From the NCBI GenBank assembly GCA_039922815.1, contig JBDTDX010000353.1:1-52308 (forward strand): a stretch of DNA of 52,308 bases, given 5' to 3'. Of the stretch, positions 36,621-46,883 are shown piece after piece. The notes beneath the pieces are model-generated. The model was not told the origin of the DNA, did no database searches, and saw only the letters and a list, made by a program, of their open reading frames with translations. Within the stretch, counting starts at the first letter, position 1. Each line of letters starts with the position of its first letter. The translations under genes were made by a program, and so were the position numbers. Source of the DNA: Granulicella sp. GTDB lineage: Bacteria; Acidobacteriota; Terriglobia; Terriglobales; Acidobacteriaceae.

Positions 36621-37643
36621 ATGCACCCAAAGCTTAAAAAAGGATTCGCGAACACACTCCTCTATACCGGGACCCTTGCATTGGCAGGCAACTTTCAACG
36701 TCGGCAAAACGGCTTGATTCTTACATTGCACCGCGTTTTACCCTTAGCAGAGTGCCAGGACGCCTATGACGAACACATGGTGCTCTCTACAACCGCATTT
36801 GAAGATCTGCTCATTTATTTAAAAAACAATTTTGAAATCGTCAGTCTCAACCATCTACTCAGCGACCGTAACTCCTCTACGAATGTGCAAAAGATTGCCC
36901 TTACGTTCGACGATGGTTGGAGAGATACTTTTCAGCATGCCTTTCCGCTCCTTGTCAAACATCAGGTTCCAGCCACTGTTTTTATCTGCAGTTCTTTGGT
37001 GGGGAGCTCTGCAATGCTGCCAGAGGAGCGTTTCACTCGCATCTACGATCTCTGTACCGCAAAACATTGCATACCTTCATTTCTTCAGCACCTTGGAACA
37101 TGGGGAAAAGCCGACCGTCAATCTGAAAGCTCTGACTGGCGCAGCTTCACCAAGACCATCCCCATGACAGCCAAGCTTTCCCTTGCGCGACATCTTGAAA
37201 TTGTCTACGGCATGGAGCGGGCACCCGCAGAACAGCTAATGACATGGAAGGAAGTGAAGACGATGGCTGCGGGTGGCATCGAGATCGGCTCACATACGGC
37301 AAATCACGCGACGCTCAATGTCGAGAGCAGGGCCGTCATCGAGCGCGAATTATGGGACTCGCGTGATCTGATTGCCGCAAAGCTAGGCGCTTCCCCGCGC
37401 TATCTCTCATATCCAAATGGCGCTTACAACCAGAGTGTCATGTTGCTGGCGCACGAAGCAGGCTACAGTCACGCCTTCACCACAAAGCACGGCGGAGTTG
37501 ATCAGACGATGGAGGCAATGGCCGTTCCCCGGGTTGCAATCGACAATACGGTTCTGACGAATGAAGCTGGACGCCTGCATGTAGCACGGACCGCACTGCA
37601 TTTATCACCACTGTGGCACCTCTTCACTGCGCTTCGATCTTAG
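36621..37643 (+). CDS. polysaccharide deacetylase (CE4/NodB, IcaB/PgaB-like)
   Basis: ILTLHRV, LTFDDGW, PATVF, GSHTANH, SYPNG. Confidence 0.9.
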   Translation: MHPKLKKGFANTLLYTGTLALAGNFQRRQNGLILTLHRVLPLAECQDAYDEHMVLSTTAFEDLLIYLKNNFEIVSLNHLLSDRNSSTNVQKIALTFDDGWRDTFQHAFPLLVKHQVPATVFICSSLVGSSAMLPEERFTRIYDLCTAKHCIPSFLQHLGTWGKADRQSESSDWRSFTKTIPMTAKLSLARHLEIVYGMERAPAEQLMTWKEVKTMAAGGIEIGSHTANHATLNVESRAVIERELWDSRDLIAAKLGASPRYLSYPNGAYNQSVMLLAHEAGYSHAFTTKHGGVDQTMEAMAVPRVAIDNTVLTNEAGRLHVARTALHLSPLWHLFTALRS

Positions 37644-37652
37644 TGCGGTGGA

Positions 37653-38726
37653 CTACTCGATTTCCTGCCGGCTGACCCAGCCATGCGGAGCACGCAAGCA
37701 CAGTGAGGCCGCCTCCATCAGCATGCCTGCACCCAAACTCAAATGAATCAAAGGGTAAATAATAAGACCCCAGGCTAACTGAATACGGCGCGTTCGTACG
37801 ACCAGCTGCAAGGTCGCCACCAGCACCGCCGCCATATAGAGCAACGCTGGAATCATCGAGATTCGCATCAATAGGCCATTCGTCATAAGCAAAAGCGGAG
37901 CGACAAAAGATAGGCAAAGTACAAATGGAGCCAGGCTGCTCAGACTGCGCTCTCCATGGTGTTTTCTTGCGAGTCGTAGCCGACCGCGTCCATAACGCAT
38001 CATCTGCTTTGCCAGAGCGAAAAAACTGTTTCGAGCTTGATATTCAATCGCGAGGCTTGGGTCGGTGTACGCCTGCATGCCGTATTGCGCCACCCTTGCG
38101 TTCAATTCGACGTCCTCACAGGCGTCGAAACATTCGTCATAAAGGCCTATTTGCTCGAAAACAGAGCGACGATAACTTGCACCTGAGCTTCGTGGATCGA
38201 CAAACCCTGCAAAGTCTACGTTATAGATCATGGAGCCGCGGCCATGGCCAAAGGTTGAGCGGCGAATCTCAGCGATATATCCGCTCATCGGGTGTGCTGG
38301 CGAGCCGCCAAGTGGCTGCGGACGGCAGAGACAATCCGCGCCTGTCTCTCTGAATATCTGCGCAGTCTTCGAGAGCAGAGAGCGGCTCGGCACTCTGCAG
38401 TGTCCGTCGATAAAGACGATGATGTCGCCCTGCGCTGCAAGAATGCCGACGTTGCGGCCGGCGCTGCTTCGAATGCCTTTATTCCGCAAAAGCCGGATGG
38501 GAATACTTGCGTTCTGGGCAAACTGACGGACAAGCTCCGGCGTTCGATCGGTCGATTCGCCATCCGCAACAATAATCTCCCAGCGGTGGGCTGGATAGTC
38601 CTGATTCATTAGCTCGGGCAGCAGGAGACTGAGTCCTGCCAACTCGCAACGCACAGGGATGACCACGGAGATATAGGGCAACTCTGGTTCAGTGAAGAGA
38701 TCTGAGGGTTGGAGGATTTCGTGCAT
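37653..38726 (-). CDS. glycosyltransferase family 2 (ExoA-like)
   Basis: ISVVIP, ADGESTD, GRNVGI, FIDGH, ACEDVELN, QMMRYG and C-terminal TM helices. Confidence 0.9.
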   Translation of the reverse strand: MHEILQPSDLFTEPELPYISVVIPVRCELAGLSLLLPELMNQDYPAHRWEIIVADGESTDRTPELVRQFAQNASIPIRLLRNKGIRSSAGRNVGILAAQGDIIVFIDGHCRVPSRSLLSKTAQIFRETGADCLCRPQPLGGSPAHPMSGYIAEIRRSTFGHGRGSMIYNVDFAGFVDPRSSGASYRRSVFEQIGLYDECFDACEDVELNARVAQYGMQAYTDPSLAIEYQARNSFFALAKQMMRYGRGRLRLARKHHGERSLSSLAPFVLCLSFVAPLLLMTNGLLMRISMIPALLYMAAVLVATLQLVVRTRRIQLAWGLIIYPLIHLSLGAGMLMEAASLCLRAPHGWVSRQEIE

Positions 38727-38729
38727 AGT

Positions 38730-39962
38730 CTATCGAACCGTCCTGGTCCATTCTTTCGACCGAAGGGACGCGATGGATCGCAGATGCGCAGATGCGATGT
38801 GTGCGACGTAACGGGGCAAAAGCCAAATATTATTCCAGGATTGCGATTGATCCGATGATGCGCAAACGACCAGAAGCCCATATAAAATCTGCCCGAACAG
38901 GGCGGTCAGCAGCAGAACCCCTAGTGACAGCCGGTCGCGAGCGGGTGCGGCTAGCGCGACAACTCCACCAGCAAGCAAGAAGTAAAGGGTAGTCAGGCGG
39001 CTTATAGTAAGCAACATGAAAGCGACCTCTGCCAATTGGAACCGACGGAGGCGAAGCGTTTGCCAAAGTAGTTGTGGAACCCGCCTGCGTATCAGGAAAA
39101 ACATCCCCTTGGACCAGCGCACCTTCTGCGGTGCGGAGTCGACTCCGTTGGTCGCGATTCGAGACACGACCTGTACGTCATCGAGGTAACGGCAGTCGAT
39201 TCCAGCAAGGCAAAGCTCTATCGCGTACTCCGCATCCTCGACGATAGAATTCGCCGTCCACGGTACGTTCGCTAGCACCACTGCAGGCAAGCAAAAACCA
39301 TTGCCCTGTAGAAGATTAGCGAGACCAAGGATCTCTCGGGAGCGATAGACGAAGGAGTTCTCAGATGCCTTCGAAGCCACACTCAACAGGTGTAGCCATG
39401 GCTGTGCGCACTCGTCTCCGGCAAACTCATAGCGTACCTGGTAAGCTTCGGGGCGAGAGCTCCCGACTGATGCTTGAATAGCATGGTTGAGCCGGGCAAG
39501 TAGATGTGGCGCGGCCTGAGTGTCGGCATCGATCACAACCGCTGCATCATAGCGTGAGATGTCGAGCTGCGGAAAGGCCCAGGCGAGAGCGTGCCCCTTG
39601 CCGCGAAGATTGGAATCCTCGCGAATCCAGACATCTGCATGTTCGTTTGAAGCAAGAGCCGCTGTGTCGTCCGTACAGTTATCTGCGATGACGATGATGG
39701 AATAGAGTTCGGACGGGTAATTCAAGGCCTTGAGGCTAGTTAGAGTGGGTAGGATGCCTGCGGATTCATTGTGCGCGGGAACAAAGACAGCAAAGCGTAC
39801 TTTTGGGTCGGCGGGCGTTATCTGGCTAAGACGCGAACGCCCGGCAATACCTACGAAGGCTAGCAATAACTGCTGTCCCACGCACAAAAGCGCGAGACCA
39901 AGAAAAATGTACGCATAGATGGCGGCCGCTTCTCTCAACGCGAACCTTTTCCGAGAAGACAC
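38730..39962 (-). CDS. glycosyltransferase family 2 with synthase-like motifs
   Basis: PAHNE, ADNCTD, GKG.AL, IDAD, VED, QKVRW (QxxRW) with flanking TM helices. Confidence 0.88.
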   Translation of the reverse strand: MSSRKRFALREAAAIYAYIFLGLALLCVGQQLLLAFVGIAGRSRLSQITPADPKVRFAVFVPAHNESAGILPTLTSLKALNYPSELYSIIVIADNCTDDTAALASNEHADVWIREDSNLRGKGHALAWAFPQLDISRYDAAVVIDADTQAAPHLLARLNHAIQASVGSSRPEAYQVRYEFAGDECAQPWLHLLSVASKASENSFVYRSREILGLANLLQGNGFCLPAVVLANVPWTANSIVEDAEYAIELCLAGIDCRYLDDVQVVSRIATNGVDSAPQKVRWSKGMFFLIRRRVPQLLWQTLRLRRFQLAEVAFMLLTISRLTTLYFLLAGGVVALAAPARDRLSLGVLLLTALFGQILYGLLVVCASSDQSQSWNNIWLLPRYVAHIASAHLRSIASLRSKEWTRTVR

Positions 39963-41308
39963 ACCTTTGCGGTTCTAACAAGAATGAAAGCATCGAAGAA
40001 TATGGATTTATTCTTGAGATAGAAAAGGTCATACTCTACCTTCGCTAGAGATTCTTCGATGCTTGCTCCGTAGGGCGCACAGACCTGTGCCCATCCGGTG
40101 ATGCCTGGACGCACGCTGTGACGCAGATCATAAAATGGGATCTCCACACGCAGCATATTGACGAAGTGGTCTCGTTCAGGACGTGGACCGACGAGGCTCA
40201 TGTCTCCACGAAGGACATTCCAGAACTGCGGCAGTTCATCGAGCCGCAGGGTTCGAAGAATGCGACCGCATCGTGTAATGCGACTGTCTTTCTGCTGAGC
40301 CCATACAGGACCAGACGCCGTCTCTGCGTCGGTGCGCATCGAACGAAACTTGATCACGTAAAAGAGCTTGTTATGCAGGCCAACTCGCTCCTGTTTATAA
40401 AATGCTGGCCCCTTCGAATCCAGCTTGACCCACAAAGTAATGAGCAGGAACAACGGCCAGGTCAGCAGAAGGAGCAGGATTGCAGCCATGCAATCGATGG
40501 CGCGATGAACTGCGGCACGCCAGGGTGCGAAGCAGAATCCTGGACCAAATGCAAAGTTCGGTGCCTGCAACATCTCTACCGGAACACGTGCCGTCATCGC
40601 TTCGTAGAGGGCGGCCGCGTCTTCGATTCTTATCCCACGCTGCCGCAATTGAATAAGATGTGCTGGAGAGATGACGTCGCTTTCAAGAGATCGATCGATG
40701 GCGATGCGTGCAGGACGGAACGAGGCGATCAGATTATCGAGCTCCGCATTTCGATCCGTGGTACAGCCAAAGGCGTCCGACGCCTTTGCGGAAGACATGA
40801 CAGCCACAAGGTGAAGCGGCAGGCAGCTTTGTTCGCGAACCTTTCGTGCAAGTGAATTGATGACACGTCCTTCGCCGATGAGGAGTATCCGTTCCCCGTT
40901 CGGAATGTGCGACGCGACAAAGTCGTAACCAATACGATAGGAACAAACCACGAGGAGAGCAATGACCAGACCGGCTTCGAGATACCGTGCTTTCAATCCC
41001 ATATGGCCGAAAAGGAGAGACAATGGTGCCAGAAAGAGTGCGCCGGCACCGACCGCTCGCATCGTTCCGCTGATAATGTCACGACTATAGCGCGTCAGGT
41101 CAAGATCGTAGAGGTCGAAAAAATACAGCGCAGTCACACAAAGACCTCCCGTGCTAAGGATAAGCAGCACGCCTTGTATGGATCGTGCGGTTACCCAGTT
41201 TGTCGCCGCAAGCAGGCATAGCGTCGTAATCGCCATGAGAGATAACGCGTCTATGCCCACAAAGATGAAGACTCTCAGCGGCAGATATCGATTGAAGAGC
41301 CTTACCAT
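39935..41308 (-). CDS. priming polyprenyl-phosphate glycosyl-1-phosphate transferase (TIGR03013-like)
   Basis: N-terminal TM helices; [39 protein letters not shown]. Confidence 0.93.
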   Translation of the reverse strand: MVRLFNRYLPLRVFIFVGIDALSLMAITTLCLLAATNWVTARSIQGVLLILSTGGLCVTALYFFDLYDLDLTRYSRDIISGTMRAVGAGALFLAPLSLLFGHMGLKARYLEAGLVIALLVVCSYRIGYDFVASHIPNGERILLIGEGRVINSLARKVREQSCLPLHLVAVMSSAKASDAFGCTTDRNAELDNLIASFRPARIAIDRSLESDVISPAHLIQLRQRGIRIEDAAALYEAMTARVPVEMLQAPNFAFGPGFCFAPWRAAVHRAIDCMAAILLLLLTWPLFLLITLWVKLDSKGPAFYKQERVGLHNKLFYVIKFRSMRTDAETASGPVWAQQKDSRITRCGRILRTLRLDELPQFWNVLRGDMSLVGPRPERDHFVNMLRVEIPFYDLRHSVRPGITGWAQVCAPYGASIEESLAKVEYDLFYLKNKSIFFDAFILVRTAKVCLLGKGSR

Positions 41309-41320
41309 GAGCAACACTCA

Positions 41321-42145
41321 CTAAATCTCGCTTCCCTCTGGGGAGCGGGTGCTTTGATAACTGTAGTAGTAATCCCTGTACTTCACGGTCTTAGCATCGT
41401 TAAGTACGATCCCGACAACTTTTTCTCCCACGAGAGCGAGCGCATCTCGCACACAGTCGATTGGGGTTTTATCTGCGCGAACAATGAAGAGCACGTTGTT
41501 GATCAGCGGAAGAAAGGTTTCTGTATCGACGGCAGCGAGCAGTGGAGCCGTGTCAAGCAGAACAATGTCGTACTCTTTGGAAGCTTCCTGAAGAAAGCTT
41601 GCGAGCTCTGTCTTGAGCAAAGTCTCATTCGGTGTAAGGGAGGGATTATAGGCAAGTAGAGCGTCAAGATTGTCAGTCAGTTTGTGTACGCACTTCTGCC
41701 ATGGACAATCGCTTTCGAGAAAGGTATGTGCGCCAGCCTCTGAACGAATTCCTAAAAGGTTGTGGGCTGATGGCCGGCGCAAATCTAATTCGATATATAA
41801 CACTCGTTTTTCCGAGAGGTTAGCAATCGAATATCCCAGGTTAATCGCAGTCAGTGTCTTGCCATCGCCTGCGATCGCACTGGTGATCAGCACTATATTG
41901 CTGCGTTTGTTACGGCAAATCTGTAAAACGCGAGTACGAAGAAGACGGTACTGTTCCACAGCAAGCGCCCGTGATGGCGCGGCATCCTTCGCGAGCGGAG
42001 TTGCAGTGAGAACGGTTTCGCTTAGGCGATGACCATTTACGATGGTCTTCTTTGCCAGCTTAGACGTTTCGGGTTCGTCATCGCGAAATAATTGCCTGAA
42101 CGTCTTGGTCGCGGGTAATGCTCCTATCGTACCTTTAGCTTGCAT
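41321..42145 (-). CDS. CpsD/CapB-family bacterial tyrosine kinase
   Basis: EQYRLLRT, Walker A GDGKT, DLRRP, LLDTAP, C-terminal Tyr cluster KYRDYYYSY. Confidence 0.92.
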   Translation of the reverse strand: MQAKGTIGALPATKTFRQLFRDDEPETSKLAKKTIVNGHRLSETVLTATPLAKDAAPSRALAVEQYRLLRTRVLQICRNKRSNIVLITSAIAGDGKTLTAINLGYSIANLSEKRVLYIELDLRRPSAHNLLGIRSEAGAHTFLESDCPWQKCVHKLTDNLDALLAYNPSLTPNETLLKTELASFLQEASKEYDIVLLDTAPLLAAVDTETFLPLINNVLFIVRADKTPIDCVRDALALVGEKVVGIVLNDAKTVKYRDYYYSYQSTRSPEGSEI

Positions 42146-42160
42146 CTACTACCCCTTTTA

Positions 42161-43582
42161 CTACTCGTTGAATGTTGGAATGATGGCAATCATCGGCGAG
42201 TCGAGATATATCGCGAGGTCGTTTTGATCGTGGAAGGTCTGGTCCATGAGTTCGACTCCAAGCGCTAGTGCGATTCCAAGCACAAGGCCCAGACCGAGGC
42301 CAGCGAGATAGATTAGCCGAAAATTTGGAGAGTCTGGACGTCGAGGAAAATTCGCAGAATCGAGTACCTGCACCAGATCATGTCCGCGACTCTTCTCCAG
42401 GTTTGCGGTCAGGGCTGACGCATGCTGTTTATCCACAAGGGAAGAATAGTATTTCTGCGCGGCTTCGTAGTCGTTCTGTAGTTGCAGACCCTCCCCGGCG
42501 ACCTCTGGCGAAACCTGCGCACGTCTACTTAGCTCCTGGATCCTCCGTTCGATCGTAGCCTGACGCTGTTGACGCGTGCGAAGCTCTGCGGCTGCAGTAA
42601 TAAGCTGGCTCTGGAGCTGTCGCTGCGATGCCATGATCGATGGAATGGGCGTGCCATTTGAAGACACTGCCTGAGGCCTGTGCTGCAAGGTATCCAACTC
42701 GCTCTCCAGACGCTGTACGTCTGGATGCTTTTCTGTATAGCGTTGACGGGCTATTCGCAACTCTTCACGCTTTTGAAGCACCAGAGGATCGCTGCTCGCA
42801 AGAGGAGATGCCGGGGAAACAGTATGGCTTGCCGCTTCTGTGTCGATGAGGGCCTGAATGGAAGCCTGCTGATCGTCGACTCGTTCAATTGCGGCGGCAT
42901 TCGCGGTCTCGAGCGTTTGGTTCTGACCAAGAGTCTGCATGGTGGCGGCCGCCTGTGCGGGAATAATCTCGCTGTGTTGCGCCCGGAAAAAATTGAGCCG
43001 CTGTTCTTTAACTTTCAGTTCAGCCAGTGCCCTATCCAGTTCGTCCTGAATGAACGTTACGTTGCCGAGCGCCTGCTGCTCCCGCGACTCAAGGTTGCCA
43101 GAGATAGAGAGGTCTGCAACCTCACGTGTGACCTCTTGTGCGAGCTCAGGCGTCGGAGCGACGTAGCTTATCTTGAAGAGCCCCGATCCCGATCTTTCGA
43201 CACGTTCGCTCTCCATTTCGATCGTCAGGTTTTTCCTCAGCTTGGCTACGGCTTCCTCGCGTGAGGAGACGCCGGGGAGTTTATAGAGACCAAGCTGGTC
43301 GACGATGTGCAAAAGCCGCGATTGACTCAAAATGAGGTTGCTGATCGCTTCGAAGCGATCCTTGACGTCGTTCTGCATCGAGTCATCGACAAGACCCTTG
43401 GGGGCGATCTGCGTCTGGATGAGCACCGTCGAGGTGGAGCTGTAGCTCCTTGGCAATCTTCGGCTGACCGCAAAGACTAGCAACGGTACGATAAACAATG
43501 GAATGAGAAATAGCCGCCATCGGCGGTGGGCTACGGCTAAGTACTCCTCAACGGTGCCTGGTATCTTTCGCATCTCTTTCAT
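42161..43582 (-). CDS. polysaccharide co-polymerase (Wzz/GumC-type)
   Basis: Two TM helices flanking a long coiled-coil region, YTEKHPDV, P..PDSPN before a Gly-rich TM2. Start 43582 or 43573. Confidence 0.9.
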   Translation of the reverse strand: MKEMRKIPGTVEEYLAVAHRRWRLFLIPLFIVPLLVFAVSRRLPRSYSSTSTVLIQTQIAPKGLVDDSMQNDVKDRFEAISNLILSQSRLLHIVDQLGLYKLPGVSSREEAVAKLRKNLTIEMESERVERSGSGLFKISYVAPTPELAQEVTREVADLSISGNLESREQQALGNVTFIQDELDRALAELKVKEQRLNFFRAQHSEIIPAQAAATMQTLGQNQTLETANAAAIERVDDQQASIQALIDTEAASHTVSPASPLASSDPLVLQKREELRIARQRYTEKHPDVQRLESELDTLQHRPQAVSSNGTPIPSIMASQRQLQSQLITAAAELRTRQQRQATIERRIQELSRRAQVSPEVAGEGLQLQNDYEAAQKYYSSLVDKQHASALTANLEKSRGHDLVQVLDSANFPRRPDSPNFRLIYLAGLGLGLVLGIALALGVELMDQTFHDQNDLAIYLDSPMIAIIPTFNE

Positions 43583-43586
43583 ACTC

Positions 43587-45098
43587 CTAGCGGACTGGAC
43601 CCGGATCCAGGATGAAGCGCAAGCCGCCACTCATCTCGTTCCGGGTGAAAGTCGATGTACCTGTGTTGGCTGCGGGTTGCGAAGCTGAGCTGAGCGAAGC
43701 AGTTGCAAACCAACTAAGCCTGGTGCCCGTTCGGTAGTCGACTCGCACCGAGCCGCCGAAGTTAGTCTGGCGAATTTCAGCCGCACTCGCCGCGCCAGAT
43801 CCCGTACGGATATACCGCAGATCAAGGGTAAGATCGATATTTCGCATAACGGGCCGTACAAAGTCTGTAGAAAATTGGTTTGCCGGTGTTGCGGAATTAT
43901 CGAGACTTAGCTGAATTACGCGCGTAAAGCTCGCGCTAACGTTGCCAATGCTTGATTGATGAGTGTAACGGGCATTTAGCGCATAGGTGGCGCCATCATC
44001 GCCCGCCGTTGGAGCTGTGTTGCTTGAACTGCGAATCAAAGGGCCAGCCGCAACGCTGAAGCTGTCAGACGCAGAGATAATATAACGAAGCGTTCCAAGC
44101 CCAGTTTCGTAGTTAAGAGTAGTAGCGTTTGAAAGGCCACGAACGTAGGCTGCTGTTCCTTCAACTCCCACAAAGACCGAACTGCTAAGAGCATGTTCAT
44201 AAATAGCATCAACTGCAAAGGATTGATTTCGCAGAATGGATCTTGCGGATGGCTGCGAAGAGGTACCCGCTTGCAGCAACTCATTCCACGCAGCCGTTCC
44301 GGTAAGCGTGACCTGATCCCGAGCTGAGAGCTTATGCAGTAGAGCGATGGATGTAGCCGCGTTGCTTATCGTAGAGGTTGTTCCAGCCCCTGTTCCGCCT
44401 CCGAGGGGTTGCGCGATGCCCGTTCCTCCAGTCGGAAGAACTACGGGAAGAAACTGTCCCACATCGCGGTAACGCGCTCCTGATAGCTGCCAGCTCAATG
44501 TTGTCCGATTGCTCAAACCGTAAAGTAATGTCTGATCGTAAACATGAGTTTGATAGACACCCGACGCCGCAGAGTAAACAGCTAGCTGGGGAAGATAGGA
44601 GGCGATAAATCTAGTACGCGATTTCGATATATTCAGGGTGAGTGGAACGGTATAACGGCTGAAGCCGCTCCCGATGACATCCGAAGAACGATTGTAGAGA
44701 TTGCTGATATAACCGCCACTTACCTCGAGAGCTGAGTTAGCCACCAATCCTCTTGTGGATTCCGTTTCTACACTGAGCGCGCTCTGATTCATATCTGAGA
44801 GTGAGGGCGTCTGCAACTGCAGTTCGTCCAAATTGTCACCCACGTCTTCTACTTGGAGGATCTGCTGTTGCTGGTCGTTCCCCGAAGTTCCAGAGGCAGC
44901 CGTTGCCGTATTCTGAGGAGAAACTCCCATCGGCAGACTCATCGATGGAGTCTCATTTGTGTCTGCTTCTGAACCGTTCTGCGCGTGTGCAAACGATCCG
45001 CTGGTCAATCCCATAAGAATCGCGGCACAGGAGAGCAACGTTGCAAAATGTAAGCGGCACGCCATCATGCTGTGATAGCCGCGGAAGTGTCGCCTCAT
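43587..45098 (-). CDS. putative outer-membrane beta-barrel of polysaccharide export
   Basis: Signal peptide ending AHA-Q, alternating amphipathic strands rich in S/T/G/Y, located between OPX and co-polymerase. Start uncertain. Confidence 0.65.
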   Translation of the reverse strand: MRRHFRGYHSMMACRLHFATLLSCAAILMGLTSGSFAHAQNGSEADTNETPSMSLPMGVSPQNTATAASGTSGNDQQQQILQVEDVGDNLDELQLQTPSLSDMNQSALSVETESTRGLVANSALEVSGGYISNLYNRSSDVIGSGFSRYTVPLTLNISKSRTRFIASYLPQLAVYSAASGVYQTHVYDQTLLYGLSNRTTLSWQLSGARYRDVGQFLPVVLPTGGTGIAQPLGGGTGAGTTSTISNAATSIALLHKLSARDQVTLTGTAAWNELLQAGTSSQPSARSILRNQSFAVDAIYEHALSSSVFVGVEGTAAYVRGLSNATTLNYETGLGTLRYIISASDSFSVAAGPLIRSSSNTAPTAGDDGATYALNARYTHQSSIGNVSASFTRVIQLSLDNSATPANQFSTDFVRPVMRNIDLTLDLRYIRTGSGAASAAEIRQTNFGGSVRVDYRTGTRLSWFATASLSSASQPAANTGTSTFTRNEMSGGLRFILDPGPVR

Positions 45099-45850
45099 GG
45101 GACCACCACCGTGTCACGTGGTTTAAGAATGATCTCTTTCGCCGAGGCGCTCCCTTTGAGAACATCCGCGTATCTGTAGGACAATCGTTCGCGCTGGCCC
45201 GATTCGCTGGGACGAAGAACATAAATTTGCTTCCGCTTGGCGAACTCTTTGAGACCGCCGGCGAGCGCGATCGCATCCAGAACGCCCATCGAAGGAGTAA
45301 GCGAGAATGTACCGGCACGAGTGACCTGGCCAATAACATTAATGCGCTGACTGCGGATCTCCGTAACGATCACGACGACCTCTGGATCCTTTACGAATTT
45401 GGCGAGATCCGATCGAATCTCATTCTGTAACTCCAGCACACTCCTGCCCGAGGCCTGCACCTCGCCGACCAGGGGCAGGGAGATCTTTCCGTCGGGTAGC
45501 ACGGAGACTGATCTCGAGAGATCCGGCTCGTGCCAGACACTGACCGAAAGCACATCAGCCACACCAACAAGATAGGGCAAGTCGGCAACTGCACCCGACG
45601 ACGTAGCGGTGGGTGCCGTGCTGAGAATGCTGACGGTTGTGTTGCGTGGAGTGTTGGAGCTGCCAGGAACTGCCGCATTTGCATTACGTAATACATATGT
45701 GTAGCCCGGCGAACCAGGCCCAGCTTGCCCTTGGGCTGCTGTGACACCCTGTCCGGAAAGCGTGGTACCACCACCCAGGATGACGGCGAATAATAATGCT
45801 GCTGTCCTGTGCGGCATACGCTGGGAGACTCCGCCCTTATACGCTTTCAT
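45095..45850 (-). CDS. wza: OPX/Wza-family polysaccharide export protein (Poly_export plus SLBB)
   Basis: Y.VG..DVL.V.VW.EP, PDGKISLPLVG, GQVTRAG, DAIALAGG, LKPRDTVVVP. ATG 45850 follows GAGGAG. Confidence 0.9.
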   Translation of the reverse strand: MKAYKGGVSQRMPHRTAALLFAVILGGGTTLSGQGVTAAQGQAGPGSPGYTYVLRNANAAVPGSSNTPRNTTVSILSTAPTATSSGAVADLPYLVGVADVLSVSVWHEPDLSRSVSVLPDGKISLPLVGEVQASGRSVLELQNEIRSDLAKFVKDPEVVVIVTEIRSQRINVIGQVTRAGTFSLTPSMGVLDAIALAGGLKEFAKRKQIYVLRPSESGQRERLSYRYADVLKGSASAKEIILKPRDTVVVP

Positions 45851-46871
45851 GGCTCTCCTCGGGCGAATCGGGTGCGGTGCGGGTACGGCGAATGGAAGGG
45901 ATGCCATTGCTCTTTATCTTGTAAAGGAGTGCCCGATAGCTGATGTCGAGTGTTCGTGCGGTCTTTCGCCGATTCCAACGGTTTGCTTGCAGAACGTTCA
46001 TGATGATGCGGCGCTCCATAGTCTTCATGACGCGCTTGGTCTGAATGCGCAGAGGGGTGTTAATATCAATCTCCCCATCGAGGGGACAGGCCGAAGTATT
46101 TTCAGGATTACGGAGAGCGGAAACAATGGAGCTCTCGTTGCCGAACACCACGTAGCGCTTGATCAGGTTTTCAAGCTCCCGTACGTTACCCGGCCAGTGA
46201 TAGCTCATCAGCACTTTCATGAGTGACTTGGACAAAGGCGGAGGGTGCTGCCCAAATTGGGATGAGTAGAGTGAAAGATAGTGCGCAATCAGGATGGGTA
46301 CATCGGACGCGCGCCGACGCAGCGGAGGCATGGTGATCTGGAGGACATTGACCCGGTAGAACAGATCCGACCGAAAACGTCCTTCCGTAATCTCGCGGGA
46401 GAGGTCGCGATTCGTAGCACAGATGAGACGTACATCAATTGGACGCTCATCCAGACTACCCAATCTGGTAACCCGAAAGTCCTGCAGTACCTGCAGAAGC
46501 TTAGCCTGAAGGCCAAGGTCAAGCTCGCCCACCTCATCAAGGAAGAGAACGCCTTTGTCCGCTTGCTCGAAGACGCCTGGACGCGCCCGGTTGGCGCCCG
46601 TAAAAGCTCCAATCTCATTGCCGAACAGCTCGCTCTCAAAGAGCTGACTGGGGATGGCCGGGCAGTTCTTCTTGACGAAGGGGCCTTTGCCTCGCTTGCT
46701 GAGCCTGTGGAGCAGGCTGGCAGCAATCCCCTTTCCGGTGCCGCTTTCGCCGAGAATCAGTATGGGCACGTCGAGCAACGCCGCCTGTTCGATGCGCCGT
46801 TGCACTTCCTTGATCTCAGGGGACTCCCCAAGCAGTACAGCCGCCACGTCTTGTGTCTTCGGGTGAATCAC
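45837..46871 (-). CDS. sigma-54 activator without sensory domain (AAA+ and Fis-type HTH only)
   Basis: GESGTGK, ESELFG, GAFTGA, FLDEVGEL, FRSDLFYRV, WPGNVRELEN, HTH; AAA+ begins about 12 aa from the start. Confidence 0.92.
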   Translation of the reverse strand: MIHPKTQDVAAVLLGESPEIKEVQRRIEQAALLDVPILILGESGTGKGIAASLLHRLSKRGKGPFVKKNCPAIPSQLFESELFGNEIGAFTGANRARPGVFEQADKGVLFLDEVGELDLGLQAKLLQVLQDFRVTRLGSLDERPIDVRLICATNRDLSREITEGRFRSDLFYRVNVLQITMPPLRRRASDVPILIAHYLSLYSSQFGQHPPPLSKSLMKVLMSYHWPGNVRELENLIKRYVVFGNESSIVSALRNPENTSACPLDGEIDINTPLRIQTKRVMKTMERRIIMNVLQANRWNRRKTARTLDISYRALLYKIKSNGIPSIRRTRTAPDSPEESHESV

Positions 46872-46883
46872 GCGAGTACAGAA

